Shown in pieces: positions 35,663 through 47,162 of a stretch of 64,000 nucleotides of DNA. The position numbers and the translations under genes were made by a program. Origin of the DNA: Nemertoderma westbladi (Eukaryota; Animalia; Xenacoelomorpha); NCBI GenBank assembly GCA_032718475.1, contig JAUCBJ010008400.1:1-64000 (forward strand), in the 5' to 3' direction. The notes beneath the pieces were generated by a model. The model did not search any database and was not told the DNA's origin. It worked only from the letters and a program-made list of their open reading frames with translations. Numbering within the stretch: the stretch's first letter is position 1; each line of letters starts with the position of its first letter.

Positions 35663-36209
35663 TGTTAGCTTATCCAATTCCGCTAACACAAACCCATAGA
35701 GTGAGCCATAAAGCAATGTTGGGAGCACGAGGTTGATTACCAATCAACCTCGTGTCAGCCCAGTAAACGGGGACAATAGGCCCCAAAGGAGACACACACA
35801 ATAGGGGTCAGGGGCCAAACCCCTAACCGAGAGAGAACACAGGGAGTGAAGGGAAACACTCCAAAGGGTGCCAACAGGGGTATCAACCAATCAGAGGGGG
35901 GAAAGGCATCGATTGAGTAGCAATAAGGCCAACGTGCAATATATTACAGGTCGTGCTATCCATTCACTTCAGTTATCTCAGTCTGTCACTACAGTCACGG
36001 TAGTACGGTGACAATTTAGACCATCACCGCCGTCACCAATCACATATCATTCAGTATACCGGTTAACTGTGCTATCTACTATCACTCTGTATTATATATA
36101 TATCAGTCCATAATAACGACACTGGAACAACAACTCTTTTCATTCACACGGCGGGGACGCGTACATAAGCGACACCGGATAAACCGGGATCCTCTCGGAT
36201 CCCGTCACA
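35663..36209 (+). repeat. 3' LTR
   Basis: Follows the PPT; matches the 5' LTR. Confidence 0.95.
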
Positions 36210-37234
36210 CACTTTAGGATTTTAGAACTGGTTACGAGCGGTGTTAATGTGCCTGGAAGGCACCGCACGAATATATAAGTACAAATAACTCATAAGTGCA
36301 ATTAATATAAGTGCAATTAATATGTACGTATGTAATAAATCAATGCTATATTTAGGCCCAAGGAAACACACTATATGTAGAATAGTCAGATAGAACCTTT
36401 TCCAATTAGCTATTGGGACCAGGGACTAATTGACTGAAACAGGAGGATGGGACAATGACGGATCTCACTGACATGGTGCACACATGCGTGAGGGCCGATA
36501 GGAGCATATGGAGAGTGAGAGCAAAAGGGGGTCGAGTATGAGAAGCGTGGGGAGAAGGTGCTAGGATTTGGGAGAAAGTAAGGAGTGCAAGGTCCAAGTG
36601 TGGAGAGCGAGCATAGAGGAGGACAAGTCCTATGGGACTAGTGAGAGAGGAGAACGGACAATAGAGTCCGAGATAAAATTGTGTAAGGAAAGTCTAAAGA
36701 AGGGACGCCATATGCCTTGGTACAGCTTAGCTCGCAGATGTACCAAGGATAGGTAGTGAAAACAGACCCAGGGGGGCCAGCCTGGAAAGCTGGTCCCGAG
36801 AATAATATTCCACCCCACATCCAATACTAGATTGGATTCCAGCGGAATTGGAGCGCACTAAAGGTTGATGCTATCTTCTCACCAGGAAGATAGCATGGGG
36901 GGAGAGTGTTAGCAGATCCTATTTGCTACACCACCCAGCAGAAAATGGGGAAAGTGGCTTTTTACCAATTATAGTTGGCTAGGCGACATTACCAATATAA
37001 TGTCACCTAACAAATAACGAAGGCAATATACATTGCCAGCCACAAGGAAAGATGAGAGGCTAAAAGCCATCTTGGGGGGGGGGGGGGGAGATAGCTAGCA
37101 CGTGCACACAGAGTTAGGGATTGCTAGGGAGGAAGGACAGAGTAGCCAATGGCGGGACAGATTACCATCTGATTGAGGATATGTGTTAGTAATATAACCA
37201 TTGTCTTTATTACCTGTCGTTTAGTTGGTTTGTA

Positions 37235-37343
37235 CTCATGGCGAAAACAATATCCTGCAAAGAGGATGCGGCTTTATTCAAGTGTCAAGCTTGGGGGAAC
37301 CAATGAGACACCTCCAATTTTATATAATGTCTGGTTGGAGATA
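37235..37343 (-). mobile_element. Short RTE LINE fragment
   Basis: Similar to 40081-40190 (GTGTCAAGCTTGGGGGAACCAATGAGACACCTCCAAT). Confidence 0.75.
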
Positions 37344-37762
37344 TTAATAAGTTTAATTCGGAGTATAAAATATAATTGTCAAGCAGTATATTAGGTACTA
37401 TATATTATACAATTCGAATCGGTACGGCAGTACGGTAGGGCCTAGGCAAAAGAAATATATTTCAACTGCAGATCGCAGCCGTTATCAATCACTGAATCAG
37501 ATAATGAATTGGTAACCGGTAGTGGTACATCTGTTGCTTAAATATAAATTCTTATACAGTATGAGATAGTAGTGAATATTGCACAAAACGAACTTACTAC
37601 AGTACAAATTATTACTATTACACCAAATAAACACATAAATGAAATTACCTAACTACAGTATAATCACAACTATATAGCACACAACATAATATAATCTACA
37701 ACCAACCCCCCCCCCCCCCCCCCCCCCCCCCCACACACACACACCATTTTTTTTTCACATCG

Positions 37763-38740
37763 TCAATCATTAAATTGGATTTTATTAATTTTTCCTGCGC
37801 TAAAGTTATCAACCTCAACTGAAACCCGTTTGTTTATTGCTTGATGTCCTAACTTCTTTATATGTAAACTCTCGAGAACTAAACGGGAGTACAACCTACT
37901 TTCTCGTCCTATTACTTTGGCCTTATGGAATAACGGGACATGGTTCTCCTCTACTAAATGTGCCGCTAACTCTGTAGCTTTTACTCTCTCGTGTCTTAAG
38001 TCGCCATCATGAGCTACTAATCTTACATCTAATGCGTATTTACTTTGTCCTACGTATACTTTATCGCACTCACATGGGATGGCGTAAACAATTCCCCTGG
38101 GACTACTCTCAGGCTTGTGACCATTCTGTATGTATGATGCCAGGCTACGGCCCATTCTTGAGAAAGTTCCAATATTATATTTCCTATACAACCGTTCCAA
38201 ACTCTCCGTGACATTTTGTACATATGGCAATGCTATGTTAATTTCAGGTTTTTCCCGTGGTTGTTTGGATATTGGATTTTTAATTGCATTATTTATTTTC
38301 CTTTGTGTATTGTATATGATACGTGTCGGATACCCGTTGCATTTTAGTGTATTGGCTAGGATATTTTGGGTTTTAATTCTATTAGATTCTGTGGAACATA
38401 GTCTATTAGATCGATAATATAGGCCTTTGCATACACTTTGTTTAATCCTAGGGTGATGATTTGAATTAAAATTAAGATACCTGTTCGAATGTGTTGGTTT
38501 TTGATATACTGTGGTGCTTATCGAACTAGAACTACCCGGGTGGATTGTGACCAATGTATCTAAGAAGGGGAGGCAGCCGTCTTCTCGCTGGTGTTCTACA
38601 GTGAATTTCACATCGCTATGTAATGAATTTAGATTATTTAACAGTCGGTCTACCTCATCTTTATTAACTAAACACCATGTGTCATCCACATAGCGTAGCC
38701 ACACTCTAGGTAAAATCCCCAGCTCAGCAGCTCTCCTTTC
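37763..38740 (-). mobile_element. Penelope-like element fragment: RT C-terminus plus GIY-YIG endonuclease
   Basis: WLRYVDD, KFTVE, LPFLD, VYQKPTH, YL.F.S.H, NGYP, LPYV, GIVYAIPC.C.KVYVGQS, H, E..HI, N; 5'-truncated. Confidence 0.92.
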
Positions 38741-39100
38741 TAGACTGTACACGTTCGTGGGGCCTTCGCGCAGCACGAAGTGAACAAAGCCTTTAGCATA
38801 TGGGGGGGGGGGGGGGGGGGGGGTACCATTAACGAGTTGTCTGCCGTTAGTCAGAAGTCTTCAACACAATACTCGTCCTTCTCTTGTGCATCGTTGCGTT
38901 CGTTCGTTTTTAACATAACTTGAGATTCTTTCTAAACTTTTGCCGGACAACATACATACCAAGTTTCGTTTAATTTCATCAAGGAATAACCGAGTTATTA
39001 GTGATCAAAAATTTACGACGACGACAGATGACGACGACGACAGATAACTCGCCAATGGCACCTATATGATAAGCCTTCGCTCACTTTGTGGCTCGCCCAC
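38740..39100 (+). mobile_element. Helentron-associated (DINE-1/HINE-like) non-autonomous element
   Basis: CATACCAAGTTTCG core, (GAC)n/GACAGA microsatellite at ~39016-39045, imperfect subterminal inverted repeats and a 3' hairpin TGTGG-CTCGC-CCACA. Confidence 0.5.
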
Positions 39101-39853
39101 AGTAGTGCATGTTTCAGTCAATCGATAGTCATTGGATGACGGACTGCATAGGCTGAGTGAGGGAGACTTGAACCCCAAAAGTTTTAATCGCTCTAAAGAA
39201 CAGATAAATAAATTTTTCAATGCCGTTTTAACTTTTTCACTTTACATTTATGATTGCTATCATTATGTGAGAGTTTGAGAATTACAACTCTTAAACTTTT
39301 TAAATTAAACCAATTATTCGTATTTTTGAAAAAGCGTCAAGTCTCCCTCAATGGGGGGAGACTTGACACCTAGGGTGGGAGACTTGAACCCCACCTCACA
39401 TTCTTGTAAATTCGTTCAAAAATGCATAAGAAGTGTACTAATTACGTGTTCAACATGTCTATTTTCTAGTCGAGCAGCAAAAATTGCAAAAAAATGCGAT
39501 TATTAATTTGATCAAATTATTTATCCAAAATTGTGTACAAATTTAGGTGGTCGTTCACATGGTTCTCCTAACAAGAAATAAATAAATAATAGTTCATTAA
39601 AACCGCAATAAAATTTAAAGCGGAAAGGTACTTTTTAATAATAAACATCTTGTATAATTTTCAATCCAGGAGCATTTTAATTGTTTTCCTGTAATTCTAT
39701 TGATGTGTGCCTCTTTCTGACGTAGCGGCATCTTGTTTAAGTTGTCAATCACCAAGATAGCAGGCTACCACATTGCAAAGAGGGAAGGAAGAGTTGTTGG
39801 TTGGCTTGGCTGGGTTTGGTTTAGTCTAGAGAGGGGCTACTCCTACTGCATGA

Positions 39854-40657
39854 ACTACTAGTATCGGCATGCTGCATTGCAGCTGCATTTTTAAGAATGC
39901 TGTGCCGGCTTGTCGACAAAATTGCGCCACCACAACTCCCTATCACCCATGACATTTGCTAGATCATCCGCATCTTCAAGGCCAGTGTCCTTTAAGATGC
40001 GTCTCAAGAAAGTCAAGGGCTGTCCACCATGCTTATTCACTCCATGAGGCTGCCAAAGTACAAGATTATGCACTGGCTGGTCCTCACGGCGAAAGCAATG
40101 TCCTGCAAAGAGGAGGCGACTTTGTTCTAGTGTCAAGCTTGGGGGAACCAATGAGACACCTCCAATGTTATATAGTGTCTGGTTGGAGATGTGTGCATTG
40201 TACTTGACACAATGAACCCGGCGTAGCATTCTTGTGAATGTGCCATCCAGAGATTTGGTGTCCTCAGCAGTTAGAGCCCAGCATGGACTCCCATAGAGGA
40301 GTACTGGAACTACTGCTGCTCTAAATAATCGGACTATAAGTTTCCGATTAATTCTCGGTGACTTTCAAATCCTGGAAAGCCTATCCAAGGCTGCCCATGC
40401 CTTTCCCTTACGTATTCGAAGTTCCTCACCTGACTTCCGGATCCATGATCCCAGGTAACAGAAGTCGTCCACATGCTCAAGCATACCATCCTTTGAGCTT
40501 ATGCTCATCCGATCAGAGACTTGCTGAGAACTTTCAAAGTTAACTGTTAAAATTTTGGTCTTTCTGGAGTTATTAAAAAGACCAACACTAGAAGCAGCAT
40601 GTTCTAATGAGCTGAGGAGCCGTTGGGCTCCCTCTAGTGATTCTGAGAGTACTCCTA
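39854..40657 (-). mobile_element. RTE LINE 3' fragment
   Basis: AQRLLSSLEHAASSVGL, DFCYLGS, FAGHCFR; TAG-repeat tail; inverted partner at 44736-45206. Confidence 0.85.
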
Positions 40658-42240
40658 TGGAAACATACCATCCTAAAGGTCCTATATAAAGGTAAAGGTT
40701 CAAGAGATGAAGAGAACAACTATCGAGGTATAGCCCTTCTGTGTAACCCTTTCAAGGTGCTTACAGGGCTTGTTGGGAAGCGGCTCCGTGAGTTCCTCCA
40801 TTCTAAGATTCCTAAAGACCACTTTGGTTTCATGCCAGGTCGATCAACCATTCAACCGTTGCAGCGTCTACTAACTCGGATCAAAGGAAATCTATCAGAA
40901 CCAAGGAAGCCTCTTTATGCCGCCTTTATCGATTTCCAAAAAGCCTTCGATTCGGTGCCACGATCTAAAGTACTGTACAAATTGGAACACGTGTTCAAGG
41001 TAAATGGGAGATTATTGCGTCTAATTAAATGTATTCTAAGCCCAAATTTCATATATATTTCTGATGGTTTGAGGAAATCTAATCCTGTGAGGCAAACTCA
41101 AGGATTCCAACAGGGTGATAGTCTAAGCCCGTTCCTTTTTATATTATACATATGGGACTTAACCTAATGTTTATTACGAGAGTAGCCGAAGCAATTGTGG
41201 TATTCCTATTCGCTGATGACCTTTTGTTCTTCTCTGATAACAAGGACGCTTTACAGGCTGCACTCAATGCCACCAGCAGATGGGCTTCCATCAACGGCCT
41301 TACTGCAAACCTGCGAAAATCGCAAATCATCAAATTCAGAAGAGGGGGGCGCCTATGTGGGGCTGATAAGTTTTTCTACAATGGTCAACCAGTTGAAATA
41401 GTAAATCATTACACTTATCTCGGAATAGTACTACAACCAACCCTTTCATTCACTCGACACATAATTAACACCACATGCAAATCGTTTAAAGTGATCCATT
41501 CTATCAAACAACCCAGCCTTTTATCTCTCAACACAGCAATCAAGTTATTTACAATCAAAATCGAACCAATCGTCAGTTATGGGCTCACTGTTATATGGGA
41601 ATTTCTGAAATCAAAGGACTTTGAAAACCTGGACAAGATTAAGTCATCGTACCTTAAAAGAGTTCTGTCAGTACACAAATCTGCTCAGAACAGGCTTGTC
41701 CTGGCGCTGAGTGGAAGCAAGAACCTGTGTATGGATCTGCAACAAAAACTCAATCTCCCCAAAACTCCCGAATTTAATAAATACATAACTGGGGTCAATT
41801 CGCAAGAACAACAAAATAATTCCAGAATTCTGGCGTTCTCCCGGATTTACAAACCCAAAATGGAGGACCTCAAACTATAAAAACCGGCACATCATCACAC
41901 GGGTGTCTATACATGGGTTTCATCACCTAATTTGTAAAAACCCCGCGTTTCACGAGACTCAGATGAATGCGTCTGCCGATTGTGTGACGCCAGAGCCAGC
42001 CGATACCACATTTTAAATTGTCACAAGAATGATGCACCCCTTGTGAACTGGGCAAATACAAAATGAGCCCATGTAAGTGGAAGAACTGCAATTTTATTTT
42101 ATTTTGTATATATTTTATAATAATTTGTATAGTTGTGTGTGTTATTGATGTAATTTTAGCCTAATTTCTCGTTCCTACTGTAGAAGTGCCATCCTTTTGG
42201 CTTAATTAATAAATATTAAAAAAAATAAAACAAAAAATAA
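40658..42240 (+). mobile_element. 5'-truncated LINE (RT, C-terminal Cys/His motif, A-rich tail)
   Basis: NYRGIAL, FGFMPGRST, FIDFQKAFDSV, QGDSLSPFLF, LFADD, YTYLG, CRLC...HILNC; AATAAA and A-tail at ~42209-42240. Confidence 0.85.
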
Positions 42241-42480
42241 CCAACAGGTCATAAAACATTGTTGCACGGGTGTAGCCTACATGTATTTTATACATTTATT
42301 ATAGGAAGGGATCTAGGGGTCTTTACCTCGAATGATAAGTTTATTTTACCGAAAATAACTTATCTTTTATTGGCGCAATTGTAGGACTAATCCCATCACA
42401 TGCGTACTTTTTAACCGGGTAGTGTACAAATTTAGGAATCGCGTAATTTTTCTTGAAATTAATATCTCATATCTCTCCAA

Positions 42481-42523
42481 ACCACGTACGCGTTTCGACC
42501 TTACTGGGTCTCATCAGCGTGGT
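42481..42523 (-). ncRNA. Type I hammerhead ribozyme (inverted copy)
   Basis: Exact reverse complement of 42782-42824. Confidence 0.88.
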
Positions 42524-42781
42524 GTCGGATTCGAACCTGGGACCTCGAGGTGGAAGCCGAGACTACAACCACTAGGCCACAGGTTCTTGAGATATGGAGT
42601 ATTAATTTCAAAGCCACCTCGATAAATACAGCTTGCCAACACATTGTTACTATCAATAATCAAAAATCAGGGCTAATAAAATGGCAGCTGGCTTTGAAAT
42701 TAATACTCCATATCTCAAGAACCTGTGGCCTAGTAGTTGTAGTCTCGGCTTCCACCTCGAGGTCCCAGGTTCGAATCCGAC

Positions 42782-42824
42782 ACCACGCTGATGAGACCCA
42801 GTAAGGTCGAAACGCGTACGTGGT
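42782..42824 (+). ncRNA. Type I hammerhead ribozyme
   Basis: ACCACG-CTGATGA-GACC CAGTAA GGTC-GAAA-C GC G-TA-CGTGGT; predicted cleavage after GUA at 42818. Confidence 0.88.
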
Positions 42825-43146
42825 TTGGAGAGATATGAGATATTAATTTCAAGAAAAATTACGCGATTCCTAAATTGGTACACTACCCGGTTAAAAAGTA
42901 CGCATGTGATGGGATTAGTCCTACAAATGCGCCAATAAAAGATAAGTTATTTTCGGTAAAATAAATTTATCATTCGAGGTAAAGACCCCTAGATCCCTTC
43001 CTATAATAAATGTATAATAACAAACACCTCGAAAAATACAGCTTGCTAACACATGTATTTTACACATTTTTGTGTTGTATTTTTGTGTTTGAGTTATTAA
43101 AAAAAATCAAGTCTCCCCTAAAGTCAAGTCTCCCTCACTCACCCTA

Positions 43147-43270
43147 CTCCTATCTCAGTAATTCAACTGGTTCTCATTTGTTTGACCCCAGTTAAGGAAA
43201 GGCTGAGTGGATCCAGGCGGGGCTCGAACATACAACCAATGGATCAACCAACTGTCGTCCTAACCTGTCT
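43147..43270 (-). mobile_element. Degenerate tRNA-SINE fragment with a Nin/Meta-like central domain
   Basis: Minus strand GTTCGAGCCCCG...CACTCAGCCTTTCC...GGGGTC...AAATGAGAACC. Confidence 0.4.
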
Positions 43271-43924
43271 TTTTTTATAAAAGGTTTAGGTACATAGTGT
43301 ATCTAAACCTACTGTGTATACTATATCAAACACCTAAAACATGGTGTAGACACCTACAAATTATCAGATCCCACAGCACATAGTGCTCGGAATAGACACA
43401 AAAAACCAAGTCAAGTCTCTAATTTAATGAATTCCGTGAACTAGAGTTCCAATGTAAGTAACCCCCTGCTGGTGTGTTGCTGTGTTTCATAATGTTCCTT
43501 ATGTATTACAGTTTTTTAAGTAATCAATAACACTTTGTTAACTAAAGCTGGATAATAATTGTGCTGCAGGACGATTGTGCTCGACCTCTGCTTGAGTTTC
43601 TTATCATGGCTGCTCAGTGTGATACCAAACTTATTAATGAAGTAGTAATGTAGTACCCAACATTGTTAAAAATATAACGCTCTCGCTTGTTAATTAATTT
43701 AGATGAATCACAACTTATTTATTTTGTTATAAAATTTTTTTTATGTGTATAATTTCATGGTTAAATTTTCCGAATAATTACGCTGTAAGTTAGCAGTCAG
43801 TCAGTCAATTACGCAGTCTTCTTGCGCAGAACACTTGTTGATATGGCCTCTTCATTATTAAATGCATTATTCAATCATTATTTAACAATTATAAAATTAA
43901 ATTATCTATGTAACATTTTCCCTT

Positions 43925-44480
43925 ATAGCACAGTAACGGCGGTCCCAGCAGCCTAGCGCCCTCAGACCTAATGGTCAGCCATACACAGTGCCGGCGGACC
44001 CAGAGGCATAGCGCCCACAGATCTAACGGTCAGCCATACACCGTGCCGGTGGACCCAGCAGCATAGCGCCCTCAGACCTAATGGTCAGCCATACACAACA
44101 CAGTGCCGGCGGACCCAGAGGCAAGCGACCACAGATCTAACGATCAGCCATAGACAGTGCCGGTGGACCCAGCAGCATAGCGCCCACAGATCTAACGATC
44201 AGCCATACACAGTGCTGGCGGACTCAGCAGCATAGCACCCACAGATCTAACGGTCAGCCATACACAGTGCCGGCGGACCCAGCAGCATAGCGCCCACAGA
44301 TCTAAATATCAGCCATACACAGTGCTGGTGGACCCAGCAGCATAGCACCCCCAGATCTAATGGTCAGTAACACACAGTACCGGTGGATCCAGCAGCATAG
44401 CGCCCTCAGATCTAATGGTCAGCCATACACCGGGCTGGTTGACCCAGCAGCATAGCAGCAGCATCTTACGGTCAGCCATG
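43925..44480. repeat. Minisatellite, 55-bp unit, about 10 copies
   Basis: Unit ACACAGTGCCGGCGGACCCAGCAGCATAGCGCCCACAGATCTAACGGTCAGCCAT. Confidence 0.92.
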
Positions 44481-44630
44481 AACTTTCCTAGTTCATCCTT
44501 GTTCTTGAGTCCGATGACTTGGAGCAGCCGCTTGTGGAAAGTCATTGGCTTTCTACCACACCTATTTTCACCAGCAGTCTGCCTTAGAAAAGCTTGTGTA
44601 CAGGTTTCTCGGCGGAAACAGTGACCAGCA
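44463..44630 (-). mobile_element. RTE LINE extreme 3' fragment (different subfamily)
   Basis: Minus translation HCFRRE...GRKPMTF...MADR. Confidence 0.6.
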
Positions 44631-44735
44631 GGCTAGGAAATCAGAGGAGAAGACTGAAGGCCACTTAAGTCATTAAAGTCAGCGGACTGTCCAACCACCT
44701 CGGTGATTAAGTCTGACATAACTGCAATAATATCA

Positions 44736-45206
44736 GCAGCAGTAGTTCCAGTACTCCTCTATGGGAGTCCATGCTGGGCTCTAACTGCTGAGGACACCAA
44801 ATCTCTGGATGGCACATTCACAAGAATGCTACGCCGGGTTCATTGTGTCAAGTACAATGCAAACATCTCCAACCAGACACTATATAACATTGGAGGTATC
44901 TCATTGGTTCCCCCAAGCTTGACACTAGAACAAAATCGCCTCCGCTTTGCAGGACATTGCTTTCACCGTGAGGACCAGCCAGTGCATAATCTTGTACTTT
45001 GGTAGCCTCATGGATTGAATAAGCATGGTGGACAGCCCATGACTTTCTTGAGACGCATCTTAAAGGACACTGGCCTTGAAGATGCGGATGATCTAGCAAA
45101 TGTCATGGGTGATAGGGAGTTGTGGCGGTGCAATTTTGTCGATAAGCCGGCACAGCATTCTTAAAAATGCAGCTGCAGTGCAGCATGCCGATACTAGTAG
45201 TAGTAG
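44736..45206 (+). mobile_element. RTE LINE 3' fragment
   Basis: VLLYGS..W.LT, LDGTFTRMLR, RLRFAGHC; (TAG)n tail; near-identical to 39854-40320 in inverted orientation. Confidence 0.85.
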
Positions 45207-45319
45207 AACAGCAATAATTGATCAAATATAGTCATGCATTAAGTTGGGATGATGTTCTACCTGCTACTAGTGAAACTCAGCAAAGTTAAGGACTCACTGG
45301 TGAGGAAGTGTCATAACTC

Positions 45320-45430
45320 CAACAGATTTTGAATAATTCTGCTGGCTAACTTGAATTCCTCCTCTGGTCCTGCAATGAGTAAAATGTCGTTCACATAACA
45401 ATAGATCCGAGCCACATCAAACAAAGTAAG
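45320..45430 (-). pseudogene. Possible old RT remnant (DIRS-like)
   Basis: Minus translation RIYCYVNDILLIAGPEEE resembles YxDD-ILL; very short. Confidence 0.25.
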
Positions 45431-46049
45431 TCATAGAAACCATCTCCATTAAGACATTCTAACACCTCATTAATATATTATAGAAAGAAACTAGTAGGAA
45501 GAAGGGAAATTGTGTGACCTCTTATAGCCTCAGTTTCATTCCATTTGATTCAATGTTTGATCAATTCTACATTAATCAGACATGTATGGGCTGATGATAT
45601 GTATTAGTTTTTGTAACAACTAGTTCGTTTCGTTGATTACAAAATGTATATTATTATAAAAGTAATGTTAATAAATGAAATTAAATATATTTAAATGGCT
45701 AAGTACCAACATTGTCAATAATCCTCGCAGACTAGTCGTTAAAATTCGACGGCCAAAAGTACATTTCGCCACCTTCAAGGCAGAAACCCCTAAGGCTCAT
45801 TCCAAAGTAAAGTACACAATTTTGAACTTTGATTGCCTGTACAATGTTATCCACAGCACATATGTGCACAAAATTGTGCTTGGATTGAACTTTCGAATAT
45901 CAGCTTTGATTTCGCGAAGATTATGGCGTGACTTAGTCACTTTTGAGAAAACACCAGCTTGTCCAATTAAGGTAAAGTACGGATTCGTACGAAATTGTTT
46001 TTTTTATTTTATGATTTCAATTCTATAATTTAGCGAATTGTGCGCAGGT

Positions 46050-47162
46050 ACAGTGTTGAGTTGATGTTTAGGATAAAGCTGTATTATTAATTAAGCTTAA
46101 ATAAAAATATAAATATAAGACGAATTGCTGCATTGCTAATTTTTTACAGTGTGGTTTGTGTGGTAAAGTATGGGACATTGCTAAGTAAAGTACGGGACCT
46201 GTACGAATTTTATGGTCAAAATGGTCTCTTACACTTAACCTAACAGTAATTTCTGGATAATTTGTGATAATAAAGTGCAACTAAGTATTTCCAACCAAGA
46301 TATGGATACAAAATGTGGGGCGGCCCACAAATTGACCCGAAGTCTTAGCATATGTGCCCTTGAGGAGTTGTATGTCATCTGTCAAATTTTTGACCGCTAA
46401 TACTGTATAACTCGGTCATTTTTAGATGAAATTAAACCAAACATGGTACGTATGAAGTCTGTCAAAAGTTTGGAAATAATCTGAAGTTTAAGGAATTAAA
46501 GGTCACATATCAGACAGTCTGTCTGTTGGTACCGATAGTTTCAAAATTTTGATAAAACCGAAATAAGTCCGCCAATCATTGATGAAATATAACCAAACTT
46601 GGTACACATGTAGTCTGTAAAAAGTTTAGAAATTCTTTCCATTTTTCTGAAAATGTATCAATTACTGTACTTACCAATCTTCTTATCTGCTAAAAAACTA
46701 AATTTTTTGAAATTTGTTGTAAAGTACGGGACTTTACATGCATAAACTCAAAGATTAGTTAACTGATGAATGATTCTTAGTTCAAATACATACTTCTATG
46801 CTTCCCCCTACTATCACCCTAAAGCATTATAACACTCCTGCCCTCCAGGTTTCATATATTACATTAATACAGTGCACTAAAATGTAATCGCCATTATAAT
46901 GGTAAAGTATGGGACAATTTTCAATTGGCCGTCATGATGTTTCTGAGGGAGTAGATTATGAAACTACAGGTAATTGTTTCTTAAGATGACGCAACACAAA
47001 CGTGCTTTGCATTCAACTGGGTGATTGGGCTGAGTTAGACTACTTCTATGTGTATAAATTAAAAATTTCACTAATTTTTGGTAAAGTATGGGACTTTACA
47101 TGCATAAACCCAAAGATTTCTTGACTGAGGAATGATTCACAGTTCAAATATAGACTCCTATT
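46050..47162. repeat. Non-coding repeat with reiterated AAAGTA(C/T)GGGAC motifs (DNA-transposon-like), cut by Polinton B
   Basis: Motif at ~46165, 46187, 46722, 46904 and 47083; internal duplications. Confidence 0.55.

Larger units (their letters stand above)
29100..36209 (+). mobile_element. Complete non-autonomous LTR retroelement (7.1 kb, gag-like ORFs only)
   Basis: 547-bp LTRs at 29100-29646 and 35663-36209 (TG...CA; two substitutions seen by eye). 5-bp TSD CACTT at 29095-29099 and 36210-36214. PPT at 35654-35662. Confidence 0.93.
27710..37230 (+). mobile_element. Outer LTR element (zinc-knuckle gag-like ORF, no pol seen), split by the 29100-36209 insertion; partial 3' LTR from 36907
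   Basis: ORF 28191-28709 with CDYCGRLTHQQKNC, CLYCHEPTHRMGAC, CSKCKFRGH. Structured 3' region 36766-36896, PPT GGGGGGAGAG, then TGTTAGC at 36907. No 5' LTR found; outer boundaries approximate. Confidence 0.65.
42288..43017. mobile_element. 329-bp inverted repeat of a tRNA-head plus hammerhead element
   Basis: Arms 42288-42616 and 42689-43017 are near-perfect reverse complements. Each has A-box-like TGGCCTAGT(A/G)G, B-box GGTTCGAATCC and a hammerhead. Confidence 0.9.
39151..43144. mobile_element. Non-autonomous TIR DNA transposon (TA TSD, Tc1/mariner-pogo-like) expanded by nested insertions
   Basis: TIRs GGCTGAGTGAGGGAGACTTGA and TCAAGTCTCCCTCACTCACCC, each flanked by TA; internal GGGAGACTTGA repeats at ~39336-39390 and ~43107. 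Confidence 0.75.

Noticed and set aside
37400-37763. Hammerhead or pseudo-LTR next to the Penelope ORF
   Set aside because: No CTGANGA...GAAA core found on either strand; only C-run and AT-rich sequence.
42719-42790. Functional tRNA gene
   Set aside because: A/B boxes are present but there is no proper acceptor stem; the 3' side is replaced by the hammerhead. The same applies to 1335-1420.
45675-46280. Short ORFs as host genes
   Set aside because: No recognisable motifs; they lie in repeat-like non-coding DNA.
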